A stretch of 32,000 nt of DNA from Edaphobacter aggregans (GCF_003945235.1 NZ_RSDW01000001.1:2580001-2612000), one strand, 5' to 3'. Positions 16,237 through 27,820 are shown, numbered from the stretch's first letter. Notes: a model not told the origin generated them from the letters alone. A program made the numbers and translations.

Positions 16237-16905
16237 TTAGGCGTGTTTATTGGGATCCGCCTTAAGACCAAGGGCGGCGCGGGCTAGTTGCAACACGGTT
16301 TCGGACAACCAGAGGGGAGTGCGGATGTCTCCGGCAAGCATGTCGAAGAACTCGAATGAGGTAAGGGTCCAGACGAGATCGACGTGGAGGAAGGGATCGG
16401 TGGTGGGTGCGAGAGCTGAGCCGAAGCCACGGACGACGTGCTGGCAGGCCATCTTTCGGCGTTGGTCGCGGGACTGGATGGCGGCGCGGAGGTCGGGATC
16501 GGTGGCGGCCATGGCTCGGATGTGACGGGTGGCGGTGCGCGTGGCGGTCCAGAACTGCGCGAGGGTCGTGACCATGGCTGAAAGGCGCGCCTCCGGGTCG
16601 GATTGCTGCATGGCGGCGGCCATGGATTGCATGCCTCCGGTGCGGGCGAGATCGTCGAATACGGCTTCAATCAACTCGGTCTTTGAGCCAAAGAGGTTGT
16701 AGATGGTCTGGCGGGTGACTCCGGCCTGTGCGGCGACGGTTTCCATTTTCAGAGTGGGGGTGTCGCTGTCTTCGAGGAGTGTCGCAGCGGCGACGATACA
16801 GCGACGGCGGGCCTCGTCTGAGGATTCCTTGCGCTTGCCTAGAGTGTAGGGTCGGGGACAGGCCTTTGGTTTGTTGGGTTTGCGCGTTGGGAACTTTTTG
16901 GCCAT
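16237..16905 (-). CDS. TetR/AcrR family transcriptional regulator
   Basis: The HTH block TLKMETVAAQAGVTRQTIYNLFGSKTELIEAVFD is a canonical TetR_N. ATG 16905 is chosen, since the upstream 21 codons of the ORF would overlap the divergent promoter region. Confidence 0.85.
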   Translation of the reverse strand: MAKKFPTRKPNKPKACPRPYTLGKRKESSDEARRRCIVAAATLLEDSDTPTLKMETVAAQAGVTRQTIYNLFGSKTELIEAVFDDLARTGGMQSMAAAMQQSDPEARLSAMVTTLAQFWTATRTATRHIRAMAATDPDLRAAIQSRDQRRKMACQHVVRGFGSALAPTTDPFLHVDLVWTLTSFEFFDMLAGDIRTPLWLSETVLQLARAALGLKADPNKHA

Positions 16906-16924
16906 GGCGTCGTATCTATTTAAA

Positions 16925-16939
16925 TTTACACAGTGTAAA
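16925..16939. promoter_or_regulatory. Candidate TetR operator: perfect 15-bp palindrome TTTACAC-A-GTGTAAA
   Basis: It lies in the 61-bp divergent intergenic region between the tetR start (16905) and the membrane-protein start (16967). It overlaps a TAAAAT -10-like hexamer (16936-16941). Confidence 0.6.
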
Positions 16940-16966
16940 ATTATTTGCAACAACGGAGGGGCCCTC

Positions 16967-17647
16967 ATGAATCAGGAACGGGTTGCTTCGAGTGGATCGT
17001 CGCTCTTCAGGCGAGTGGTGCTGTGGACGCTTTGCTTTATTGGGGCGGCAGCCGCGGTGCGACGAATTGTGGCCCTGCTGATTCCAGCTACCTCGCCGCG
17101 AGTCCAGCAGATGATGGAGCTGGATGCGCAGTTTTCGCGGAGGATGGGGCTGACGCTTGCTCATGTGGTTCCGGCGCTGATCTTTGTCGTGCTGCTGCCT
17201 GCGTGGTTTTCAAGGCGGGTGCGGGAGAATGCACCGGCGCATCGACGGCTTACCTGGGTGCTGTTAGTGCTGGGGGCAGTGATCGGGTTGACTGCGTTGC
17301 CGCTGGTCACGCAGCCGGTAGGTGGAACGACAGAGGTCACGGCGATTCTGTTCTTCGATGCGCTGTTTTTGTTTTCGCTGGCGCGAGCGTGGGTGCTGTT
17401 TGTGCGCGGCGATATGGATCGGCATCGCGAGTGGATGATGCGTGCGGTTGCTGTGCTGCTGGGGATCGCGACGACGCGGCCGGTGATGGGGGTGTTCTTT
17501 GCGACGAGCCGTCTGACGCATCTGGAGACGCGGCAGTTTTTTGGGATCGCCTTCTGGATCGGGTTCAGCGCGACCTATATTGCGGGGGAGATTTATCTGC
17601 AGCGGCATTCTGTTCATTCAAACGCGCTTGCCCAGAGCGGGAGCTAA
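16967..17647 (+). CDS. Integral membrane protein (DUF2306-like)
   Basis: ATG 16967 with GGAGGGG 8 nt upstream. About 6 TM segments. The size and topology resemble DUF2306 proteins, but the family assignment is from memory only. Confidence 0.45.
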   Translation: MNQERVASSGSSLFRRVVLWTLCFIGAAAAVRRIVALLIPATSPRVQQMMELDAQFSRRMGLTLAHVVPALIFVVLLPAWFSRRVRENAPAHRRLTWVLLVLGAVIGLTALPLVTQPVGGTTEVTAILFFDALFLFSLARAWVLFVRGDMDRHREWMMRAVAVLLGIATTRPVMGVFFATSRLTHLETRQFFGIAFWIGFSATYIAGEIYLQRHSVHSNALAQSGS

Positions 17648-17657
17648 GGAGGAGACG

Positions 17658-18185
17658 ATGGAGCGACGCTCTTTTCTATTTGCCAACCTTACGGTGCTGT
17701 TCGCCGCAATTGTCGTGAGCACGAGCTTTGGAGCGAGCCTGGTCGAGACGGTGATTCACATGAGCCGATACTTTGCTGACCCACCTGCATCGTTTGCTAC
17801 CTGGTATGGAGATCAGAGCCACACCATCGCTTTCTGGATGCCGCTGCAAGTGGGAGGATTGATTCTATTGATCGCTGCGCTTGTTGCGAACTGGAGATCG
17901 CCGCTGCGAAAGAGGTTTCTGGCTGTAGGCCTGGCGGTGTATGTCGCGATCGCTGTTTGGAATGGTGCGTACTTTGCAACGGAGGTTCGGTGGCTGCTGC
18001 GCGTGGCACAGGAGAACGTGGTTCCTGCCGACTTTGTTGGCCGCGCGCATCGCTGGTATTTGCTGACCTGGGTAAGGCAGGTGGCGATGGCGGTTCCGTT
18101 CTTCGCGGTGATGATGGCATTGATGACACCAGCCAGTGCGAGTGGCAGCGTGTCTCAATGGCGTGCAGAACCGGCGGTGGGTTAG
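17658..18185 (+). CDS. Integral membrane protein (4 TM, possibly DUF1772/anthrone-oxygenase-like)
   Basis: ATG 17658 with a strong SD AAGGAGGA (17646-17653). It starts 11 nt after the previous stop, so it is probably co-transcribed. Four hydrophobic helices. The family call is tentative. Confidence 0.4.
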   Translation: MERRSFLFANLTVLFAAIVVSTSFGASLVETVIHMSRYFADPPASFATWYGDQSHTIAFWMPLQVGGLILLIAALVANWRSPLRKRFLAVGLAVYVAIAVWNGAYFATEVRWLLRVAQENVVPADFVGRAHRWYLLTWVRQVAMAVPFFAVMMALMTPASASGSVSQWRAEPAVG

Positions 18186-18190
18186 ACCTG

Positions 18191-18220
18191 AAAAAGGAGC
18201 GCCGTGGGACGACGCTCCTT
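18191..18220 (-). terminator. Rho-independent terminator for the minus-strand hydrolase gene (hairpin shared with the convergent plus-strand gene)
   Basis: AAGGAGCG (18194-18201), an 11-nt loop, then CGCTCCTT (18213-18220). Read on the minus strand, the stem is followed by a T-run (complement of A18191-18195). Confidence 0.65.
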
Positions 18221-18245
18221 CTCGTTTGCCGATTCTGTTTGCTGC

Positions 18246-20234
18246 TTAGTGTTTGACCACCGAGAGCGTGATGGCGCTGGGGTATTGGGTTGAGTGGTGG
18301 ATCTGGGTGTGGGCGACTACGCCGTTGGTCTCGTCGTAGTTGTTGCCGCCGGTGTTGAGGTTGCGGTCGAAGCGCGGGAAGTTGGATCCGGCGACTTCGA
18401 TACGGATGCGGTGGCCGGCGTCGAAGAAGTTGCTGGTGTTCATGGGTGAGAGGGTGACTTTGTAGACTTTGTCCTTTTCCATCCAGACGGTGTGGTCGTC
18501 TCCGTCGCGGTAACGGAGGCGCTGGATGGTCTCATCGAGGTTGTAGGCGGTGCCGTCGGGGAGGACGTCGATGACTTTGACGGTGACGTCGGTGTCCTTG
18601 ACGTCAGAGGAGACGTAGAGGGTGGCGGTGATGGGGCCGGAGACCTCGATGCCTTCCTTGAGTGGCTCGGAGGTGTAGACGAGAATGTCGGGGCGCTCCT
18701 CCATCTTGCGCTGGTCGAGTGCGCCGCCCATGCCGGGGATGGTGTTGGCAGCGCAGCAGACGTTGCCGCCGTAGCTGGGGGTGGGGTGCATGGGATCGTA
18801 GACGAAGAGGTCGGCTACGTCGGGCGTGGGTTTGAGCTTTGACTTCGCTGGGGTAGGCGTGGTCGAAGCGAACTCGAGTTTGCCGTCGCCGTGAAGGGTG
18901 TTGGCGTGGCCGCCGCTGGTGAGGGTGAGCGTGATTGGCTTGGCTCCTTCGGGGGGCCAGGAGTTGGCGTGCTGCCACTTGTTCGAGCCCATGGTGAAGT
19001 AGGTGACCTTGGGCTGCTTCTCGAGGACGCCGTTGTCTTCGCCCTTGAGGAAGTGATCGAACCAGGCGTAGGTGAGGGCGTCGTAGTCGAGGCGGGCGTC
19101 GCCCATGCTGCGCTCGCCGACGACGGTGTTCTCGGTGGCGCGCTTGTAGCCGCAGTGGAGGGTGGGGGCGATGACGGCGTACTGCTGGTCTTTGGCTGGG
19201 TTGGTGGCGTCGTTACGGACGAAGTTGTAGGCGGCGAGATTAGGGCCGGTGGAGACGTCGTACCAGGTCATGAACCAGTAGCCCGGGACGTGGATAGGCA
19301 TGGTGTCGGACTGCCAGATGCCGCCCTTGCGCCAGGCGGGATCGTTGGGGGTGCGCTGGATCATGGCTCCGCCGGTGGTGTTGTCCATCTTGTCGGAGAA
19401 GATGCCCTTGGGGCCGCCGACGGCGGAGATGATGTCCTGCTCGGGGAGATGCTCGAACGCTTTGGCCCAGTCGACGGGAGGCATGGCGGGGGCTAGGTCG
19501 AACATCTTCGAGGCCTTGATGAGATCGGCCTGGGTGGTGTCCTTGGGGAAGGTGGGGCGGACCTGATTTTGTTCGCCGTAGAGCCAGTCGATGAAGAGCA
19601 TCTGGACGGCGCCGCCGCGATACCAGTTGCCCTGCTCGTTGTAGGGGCCTACTTTGCCGACACCTGCGCCGAAGCTCTCGGGGATGATGGTGGTGAGGGC
19701 CTTGTTGCCGAGGGATGCGGCTGCAAGCTGCCACTCGGCGGTGGAGGAGCAGCCGATGAGGCCGATCTTGCCGGAGGACCAGGGCTGGGTGGACATCCAG
19801 GTGAACTGGTCGTCGGCGTCGGTGAGGGGGGCGCCGAGGATGTCGTAGTTGCCCTCGGAGAAGAAGTGGCCGCGCTCGTTCATCTCGACGAGGACGTAGC
19901 CGCGCTTGACGGCGTCGAGCTCGTTGGTCATGTCGCGGTAGGTGCCGAGGCGGACGTCCCAGAAGTTGAAGTTATAGGGGGTGCGGCTGAAGATGATGGG
20001 GTACTTCTTGCTGGTGTCCTTGGGGCGGTAGATGTCGGCTGCCATGCGGACACCGTCGCGCATCGGGACCATGACCTTGCGGTCGATGATGGCGACGTCT
20101 TCGAGCTGCTTCTCGATGGATTCGCGCTTGGCGATGAGTGCTTTTGTCTGCTCGGGTGTCAGGTTTTGCTGGGGGCGTTGGGCGATCGCGAGAGGAGCTA
20201 TGGCGAAGAGGATTGCAAGGGCAAGCAGACGCAT
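18246..20234 (-). CDS. CocE/NonD family hydrolase (X-Pro dipeptidyl-peptidase S15-like alpha/beta hydrolase), secreted
   Basis: From ATG 20234 there is a signal peptide [19 protein letters not shown]. Then [34 protein letters not shown], and a C-terminal galactose-binding-like domain ending [10 protein letters not shown]...[15 protein letters not shown], typical of this family. The 224 upstream codons of the ORF are Pro/Arg/His-rich and overlap the HAD gene in another frame, so they are discarded. Confidence 0.8.
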   Translation of the reverse strand: MRLLALAILFAIAPLAIAQRPQQNLTPEQTKALIAKRESIEKQLEDVAIIDRKVMVPMRDGVRMAADIYRPKDTSKKYPIIFSRTPYNFNFWDVRLGTYRDMTNELDAVKRGYVLVEMNERGHFFSEGNYDILGAPLTDADDQFTWMSTQPWSSGKIGLIGCSSTAEWQLAAASLGNKALTTIIPESFGAGVGKVGPYNEQGNWYRGGAVQMLFIDWLYGEQNQVRPTFPKDTTQADLIKASKMFDLAPAMPPVDWAKAFEHLPEQDIISAVGGPKGIFSDKMDNTTGGAMIQRTPNDPAWRKGGIWQSDTMPIHVPGYWFMTWYDVSTGPNLAAYNFVRNDATNPAKDQQYAVIAPTLHCGYKRATENTVVGERSMGDARLDYDALTYAWFDHFLKGEDNGVLEKQPKVTYFTMGSNKWQHANSWPPEGAKPITLTLTSGGHANTLHGDGKLEFASTTPTPAKSKLKPTPDVADLFVYDPMHPTPSYGGNVCCAANTIPGMGGALDQRKMEERPDILVYTSEPLKEGIEVSGPITATLYVSSDVKDTDVTVKVIDVLPDGTAYNLDETIQRLRYRDGDDHTVWMEKDKVYKVTLSPMNTSNFFDAGHRIRIEVAGSNFPRFDRNLNTGGNNYDETNGVVAHTQIHHSTQYPSAITLSVVKH

Positions 20235-20314
20235 TCGGGTCCTTGGGTTGAGTGGTTTGATTTGAGCGTAACAGGAAGACGGATTGTTTAGGCGAGGAGT
20301 TTCGCCGAAAGAGC

Positions 20315-20980
20315 TTACTTGGTGAAGTTGGTTATGAGGGCTGGGAGGTCGGTGAGGCTCTGGAGTTCGAAGTCGGGGGAGAGAGCTTTGCAGCGTTGCT
20401 CGTCGCCGTAGCCGTAGGTTGCCCAACAGGAGAGGAGGTTGGCGTTCTTTGCGAAGAGAATGTCGGTCTCGGTGTCGCCTACGACTAGGGTTTGGAAATT
20501 CGGGGCGGACCGGAGAGGGGCTATGTGTTCGGTGTAGAGGCGGGCGTCGGGCTTGCGGAAGGTGACGTCTTCGGCGCTTAGGATGATGTCGATGTAGTTG
20601 GCGATTTCGAGTTGGGTGATGAGCTGATGGAGGCCCGCTCGCCCTTTGTTGCTTACGAGGAGGGTGAAGATGTTGCGGGTGCGGAGTTCGGCTAGGGCTG
20701 GGATGGCTCCTTCGAAGAGGCGCATGAGTGGGGCTGCTTTGGTGGTGTGTAGGGCTCGGTAGAACTTCACCACCTCGGAGGTCAGGACTTCTTCGCAGCG
20801 GACTCCGGTTAGCTGATGCATGGATGCTTCGAGGGTGAGGCCTATGGTGGCTCGGACTTGTTGCAGACTGGGCTCGGTGAAGTTGTAGTGCGCGAGTGTT
20901 TCGCACATGCAGGTCCAGATGCCCTCCAGCGAGGAGGCCAGTGTGCCGTCGAAGTCGAGGATTACGGTGGTGATTGGCAA
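20315..20980 (-). CDS. HAD-superfamily hydrolase (phosphoglycolate phosphatase-like, subfamily IA)
   Basis: Motif I DFDGTL at residues 9-14, motif II LLVSNKG, motif [19 protein letters not shown]. The only available start is TTG at 20980. No in-frame ATG or GTG lies upstream of motif I. Confidence 0.8.
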   Translation of the reverse strand: MPITTVILDFDGTLASSLEGIWTCMCETLAHYNFTEPSLQQVRATIGLTLEASMHQLTGVRCEEVLTSEVVKFYRALHTTKAAPLMRLFEGAIPALAELRTRNIFTLLVSNKGRAGLHQLITQLEIANYIDIILSAEDVTFRKPDARLYTEHIAPLRSAPNFQTLVVGDTETDILFAKNANLLSCWATYGYGDEQRCKALSPDFELQSLTDLPALITNFTK

Positions 20981-20989
20981 TTGCGAATT

Positions 20990-21494
20990 CTAATGACTCA
21001 ACAGTTCCGCTATCTCTTGTATCCGTGTCTCAGGAATGCCGTTTTTCTGCTCGATGGCAAGTAGATGCTCGCCGGCTATCTCGATGAAAGGCCGCTCACC
21101 GATAGGTCTTGTGTGTAAGCGCACAGGCAGATCGCAAGTTTCGCCCTCGTAGATTGAAAGGTGATTGGCAAAAACAGCTTCATATGGTGGCGAATTCTCG
21201 CGTCCTTCCTGATTCCATTTTTCGCTCATATTCAAGGAAATCATTTGGCTGGACTTCAACCCATACCAACCATGCGAATGATTCCTCCGCTCCGGGAACT
21301 GGAATTTCAAGCCGACCGAGAACGAAACATCTCGCGCGTCCCGCTTCTGGAAAAACGCATTGATCCGAGCCGAGTTCTCCTTCAGCTCGTTGAGCGTCAC
21401 TCGCAATCGCATTCCAAGCGTCCGGTGCTTCAGGTCCCCAAACCCATGGTGGTCCTAGGTGGATTTGATTGCAGACGCTACACGTGTAAGACAT
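20990..21494 (-). pseudogene. DUF2199-family gene interrupted by a frameshift in an A5 run
   Basis: The N-terminal half (MSYTCSVCNQIHLGPPWVWGPEAP...FAWLVWVEVQPNDFLEYERK) is in the frame of ORF 21180..21521. The C-terminal half (WNQEGRENSPPYEAVFANHLSIYEGETCDLPVRLHTRPIGERPFIEI...) is in the frame of ORF 20990..21412. The frames join exactly at GCGAAAAATGG (T5 on the plus strand, 21218-21222). Deleting one A restores a single ~167-aa ORF. Confidence 0.7.
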
Positions 21495-21550
21495 ATCCCT
21501 CTTCTCCCCATCCCACAGCAAATTGAGCGGATTTCAATTCTTGCGAACTT

Positions 21551-24559
<3,009 letters not shown>

Positions 24560-24612
24560 CCTTTGATTATGCCTTGTGAGAAGGCTGGATCGCGGGGTGC
24601 CCTGCGGCAAGA

Positions 24613-26466
24613 TTACTTATGAGAGCCACCACCGGATGAGGCACCGCCTCCGCCGCCACCACCTCCACCGCCAGCGTGGGAGGCACCGCCACCACCTCCT
24701 CCTCCGCTCCCGCCGTGGAAGCCTCCTGAGGAGGAACTTCCTGACGAATGAGAGACGCTTCCGCCGTTCGACGACGAGTGGCTGTACGAGCCGGAGTAGC
24801 TACCAGGAGGTCTGGATGCCAAATTGCCGGGGAAGTTTCCGCCGCCGTTATGCGCCTGTAGACTTTCGCCGCGGCCACCGAAGTGTTCGGTTACGGTGGT
24901 ATTTTTGCCGCCCTGCGTAACCTGTCTGGCTAACATGAAGCTTTGCGATTTGTGGTCGAAGGTGATGGCGGTGCCGGCTGGCCTTGTCGCAGTGCCCCCG
25001 CCGGGCGCCAGTCCGTCTTTGACCAGGTGCGCCTCAAGGTGTGGTGTCTCGGCGCGCTGGAGGGGTTGGAAATAGGGTTTGAGGAACTCTTTAGGTGTGC
25101 CGTCGAGTACTTTGACGGGGGTGCTGGAGTTGAAGGCGACGTGTTGGACGGAGTCGCCCTTTCGTCCGCTGGTCTCAAAGACGCCGTGTTTCAGGTTGAG
25201 CGGAGGTTTGCCTGCTACGTCATGGGGATGGATCGGGACGTATCCTTTGGTGCCTCCGTATTTGACCCAATGGACGGGGCAGTGATGGTGTCTCTTGGTG
25301 CCGGCCACCCAGACGTAGCGATGCTCGCGTTGGATCCAACTGCCTGAGTGACAGACGGCCCAGTCGTATGGCGCTCCGGTCGAATCAAGTTCAGTCCGAA
25401 GCACTTTGTTCTTGCCGGTCAGAGGATCTCTCCCGATCAAATATCGGACTCGGTTCGGAGAGCAGGGAAACCAGTCACCGTACTCCGTGCGCAGGACGGC
25501 GGCAGGGTTAGCGGACTGGAGCGTCTGCGCGGATGACGGAAGAGCGGCCGCTGACGCGGGTTGCTGTTGGGATGAGTCGGGCGATTGCGGCGCATCGAGT
25601 TGAGCACTGACCAGTCTGGGGGCGGCAGCGTGCTCCTCCCATCCGTTGGTTGGCTGCCAGCACGTGCCGTAGGGGGCGCAGGCGAAGAAGGTGCCTTGGT
25701 CCTTCAACTCCGCGAGGCCGGGAATCGGCGAAGTGAGCCCTGCATCTTTCATGGTGGTGGACATTGCGATGCTGCGGGCGGCTACGCGCTTTGCCGTCCA
25801 GTCATCCCACTCTGCGAATGCGTCCGGAACGGTGGCGGTCGCGGGTGTGATGATGTGGTTGTGACTGAGTGTGATGGTCTGTCCCTTGACGGTTTGTTGC
25901 GGGACTGGGCCAACACGGATAGTCGTACCTTCCTGCGGGGTGAGCGCCATGGCGTCGATATAGCTATTCACTCGCGTGAAAGTTTTGCCGGGATAGGGGA
26001 GTGTGACGCCGTCGGTCGGCGTTCTCAGAACAAACCGCTCTCCAGGGAATGTGGTCTGGACATGCAAGGTGGCAGTCCCGCTGACCAGGGAGAGCTCGGT
26101 GTAGGGAACACCGTCGGTTGTTGTGATTTGCGTGAAGATGAGGACGGAGTTGTCGCCGAGATAGACGGTTGAGGCGTCTTCTAACTCGATCTCGGCGCGC
26201 CCTTTGCCGGTAACGAGGCTGAAGCCTGTTTGCATCGGCAGGTTGACTGCGGCCTGCTCCCACTCGTCCCCGGTGGCGTGTTCACCCTCCTTGCCGCGGG
26301 AGACGCGGACATCGCCTTCGACCAGACTGAGACGGACGATCTGGTCATAGGTTCGGTTGGAAGGTACCTGCGGCGAGGTATCGGCGGCAGGGGATGTGTT
26401 AGTGAAGGTTGTGAGGGAGGCGATTAGCAGGAGGATTGGAAAATTGCTGCAGCGAGCGATGCTCAT
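24613..26466 (-). CDS. Secreted FecR-domain-like protein with a Gly/Ser-rich C-terminal tail
   Basis: ATG 26466 with GGAGGGG upstream. Signal peptide MSIARCSNFPILLLIASLTTFTNTSPA. The N-terminal block VRLSLVEGDVRVSRG...GKGRAEIELEDASTVYLGDNSVLIF resembles the FecR/DUF6600 beta-sandwich. The last ~75 residues are low-complexity G/S (GGSGGGGGGGASHAGGGGGGGGGGASSGGGSHK). Confidence 0.55.
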   Translation of the reverse strand: MSIARCSNFPILLLIASLTTFTNTSPAADTSPQVPSNRTYDQIVRLSLVEGDVRVSRGKEGEHATGDEWEQAAVNLPMQTGFSLVTGKGRAEIELEDASTVYLGDNSVLIFTQITTTDGVPYTELSLVSGTATLHVQTTFPGERFVLRTPTDGVTLPYPGKTFTRVNSYIDAMALTPQEGTTIRVGPVPQQTVKGQTITLSHNHIITPATATVPDAFAEWDDWTAKRVAARSIAMSTTMKDAGLTSPIPGLAELKDQGTFFACAPYGTCWQPTNGWEEHAAAPRLVSAQLDAPQSPDSSQQQPASAAALPSSAQTLQSANPAAVLRTEYGDWFPCSPNRVRYLIGRDPLTGKNKVLRTELDSTGAPYDWAVCHSGSWIQREHRYVWVAGTKRHHHCPVHWVKYGGTKGYVPIHPHDVAGKPPLNLKHGVFETSGRKGDSVQHVAFNSSTPVKVLDGTPKEFLKPYFQPLQRAETPHLEAHLVKDGLAPGGGTATRPAGTAITFDHKSQSFMLARQVTQGGKNTTVTEHFGGRGESLQAHNGGGNFPGNLASRPPGSYSGSYSHSSSNGGSVSHSSGSSSSGGFHGGSGGGGGGGASHAGGGGGGGGGGASSGGGSHK

Positions 26467-26594
26467 AAGAGCCCCTCCGGTGGGGCAGCTTTACAACGAT
26501 TCAGTTCCGGATATTTGACGAGGCCAAGACAGCTTTTGTTTCGAGTAGTTTGCAGTATTTTAAGTGGGCTGGTGTGGGCGACGCAATGCTTGAG

Positions 26595-27050
26595 TCAGGT
26601 CTTTCGGCGGGAGAACTTCAGGGCGGACCAGTCGTTGTCGACGGAGCAGACTTTGTAGTCGACGAATCCTGCGGCTAGTCCGGAGTCGCGGACGTGGTTC
26701 TCGTTGAAGTCTACTTTGTAGCGGCCGGCGCGCTTGGGATAGATGATCCAAAAGTGGGTTTGCCTGGGCAGACGAAGCACGAGCAGGTCCAGAGTAGCGG
26801 CAAGATCGCTGAGCGAGCGGACGAAGCATAGCGCGAGGCCGGTGGAGGAGCCGACACTCGTGCTAAAGATAACGCCTGGGGGCAGTTCGCCAAGACTCTC
26901 TTCGAAACCGTCAGGGGCGGCGATGAGTGCGACTTGCATCTCTTCTGCGATGCCCAGCTTCTTCGGCAGCGGAGTGTTGTAGACCTTGTGGGCAGGCTTT
27001 GCTGGGGTCTTTGACGCAGGCTTCTTCGAAATCGGCTTTGCGGTCGGCAT
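26595..27050 (-). CDS. DUF3052-like protein with a basic Lys/Pro/Ala-rich N-terminal tail
   Basis: From ATG 27050: MPTAKPISKKPASKTPAKPAHK, then KKLGIAEEMQVALIAAPDGFEESLGELPPGV...FWIIYPKRAGRYKVDFNENHVRDSGLAAGFVDYKVCSVDNDWSALKF. As I recall it, this matches the DUF3052 pattern. The upstream 43 codons of the ORF overlap the preceding gene. Confidence 0.55.
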   Translation of the reverse strand: MPTAKPISKKPASKTPAKPAHKVYNTPLPKKLGIAEEMQVALIAAPDGFEESLGELPPGVIFSTSVGSSTGLALCFVRSLSDLAATLDLLVLRLPRQTHFWIIYPKRAGRYKVDFNENHVRDSGLAAGFVDYKVCSVDNDWSALKFSRRKT

Positions 27051-27054
27051 GGCG

Positions 27055-27303
27055 TTACATGACCATGGCGAGTTTTTCGAGTTCTTCCTGGATGCATGGG
27101 AGCGTACAGCCGCGCATCTCGATCCGGGCGGCCATCTTGCGTGCGGCTTGCGTCGAGACGCCGTAACCGCGGCCGGCAAGGAAGCTGCTGATGAGGTCAG
27201 CGGCCTGCCATGAGTCGAGGCCGGACTTCATCAGCTCTTCGCGCAGGCCGGCGAGATCGGCTTCGGTGAACTTCTCGATCTTTTGTTTCTTTGCCTTCGT
27301 CAT
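27055..27303 (-). CDS. Hypothetical small protein (82 aa)
   Basis: ATG 27303 preceded by AGAGGTGAG. Its stop lies 4 nt before the DUF3052-like start. Predicted helical, with a Lys-rich N-terminus (MTKAKKQKIEKF). No family recognised. Confidence 0.5.
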   Translation of the reverse strand: MTKAKKQKIEKFTEADLAGLREELMKSGLDSWQAADLISSFLAGRGYGVSTQAARKMAARIEMRGCTLPCIQEELEKLAMVM

Positions 27304-27451
27304 TTGCTCACCTCTTTGCGGCTCTGCAACTCGACGGGTACCAGTATTGCATTAGACTCAGCGGCCGTGCCGAGGGTACTAACGACCATTCGCAAGCGTC
27401 TATGTCCTTCTACGCATGTGAGGTGAGAGAAAGTTCCTTGACGAGCGTGAG

Positions 27452-27625
27452 TTAGAGGGCCCGCTCGGCGAGCAGTACGGGGATGCCGTCGATGATTGGG
27501 AATTGGCGGGCGCAGCCGGTGCACAAGACGGTCTCTGCTTGAAGCTGCAAGGGTTGGCGGCAGACCGGACAGACGAGCCAGCGAAGGTCCTCTGCGGTCA
27601 AGGGGCGGAAGCTCATGGAATCCAT
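27452..27625 (-). CDS. Trm112/UPF0434 family zinc-ribbon protein
   Basis: 57 aa: LVCPVCRQPLQL...VLCTGCARQFPIIDGIPVLL is the canonical Trm112p-like pattern, CPxC ... CxxC followed by YPI.dGIP.ll. The ORF upstream of 27625 runs into the repeat element and is discarded. Confidence 0.8.
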   Translation of the reverse strand: MDSMSFRPLTAEDLRWLVCPVCRQPLQLQAETVLCTGCARQFPIIDGIPVLLAERAL

Positions 27626-27657
27626 GGTAACGAAGTGCACTGTGGGATCTGCACTGA

Positions 27658-27781
27658 GGAAAGGCTTAACGCCGATCTTCACCGATGGCACCGATTTAAA
27701 AACCAATAAAGACAGGGACAGAGACGTTTTGGTTGTTTTTGATCGGTGCCATCGGTGTTTCATCGGTGTTAAGTATTCCAT
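27658..27781. mobile_element. MITE-like non-autonomous element: ~48-nt imperfect terminal inverted repeats, flanked by a 10-bp direct repeat
   Basis: The left arm GGAAAGGCTTAACGCCGATCTTCACCGATGGCACCGATTTAAAAACC matches the reverse complement of the right arm GGTTGTTTTTGATCGGTGCCATCGGTGTTTCATCGGTGTTAAGTATTCC at about 80%, including the identical core CACCGATGGCACCGAT. Perfect TCTGCACTGA at 27648-27657 and 27782-27791 abuts both ends. There is no coding capacity. Confidence 0.6.
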
Positions 27782-27820
27782 TCTGCACTGAAGAAGTCGG
27801 GGGCCGGGCGACGCGATACC

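Noticed and set aside
20235-20906. 224-codon N-terminal extension of the CocE/NonD hydrolase ORF (18246..20906).
   Set aside because: The extension is Pro/Arg/His/Ser low-complexity and overlaps the well-supported HAD gene in another frame. A proper ATG, SD and signal peptide occur at 20234.
24616-24840. Repetitive GGN/CCN-rich DNA, considered as a possible tandem repeat or CRISPR-like array.
   Set aside because: It is the in-frame coding sequence of the Gly/Ser tail. There are no regular repeat-spacer units and the codons are heterogeneous. No CRISPR-type repeats occur anywhere in the window.
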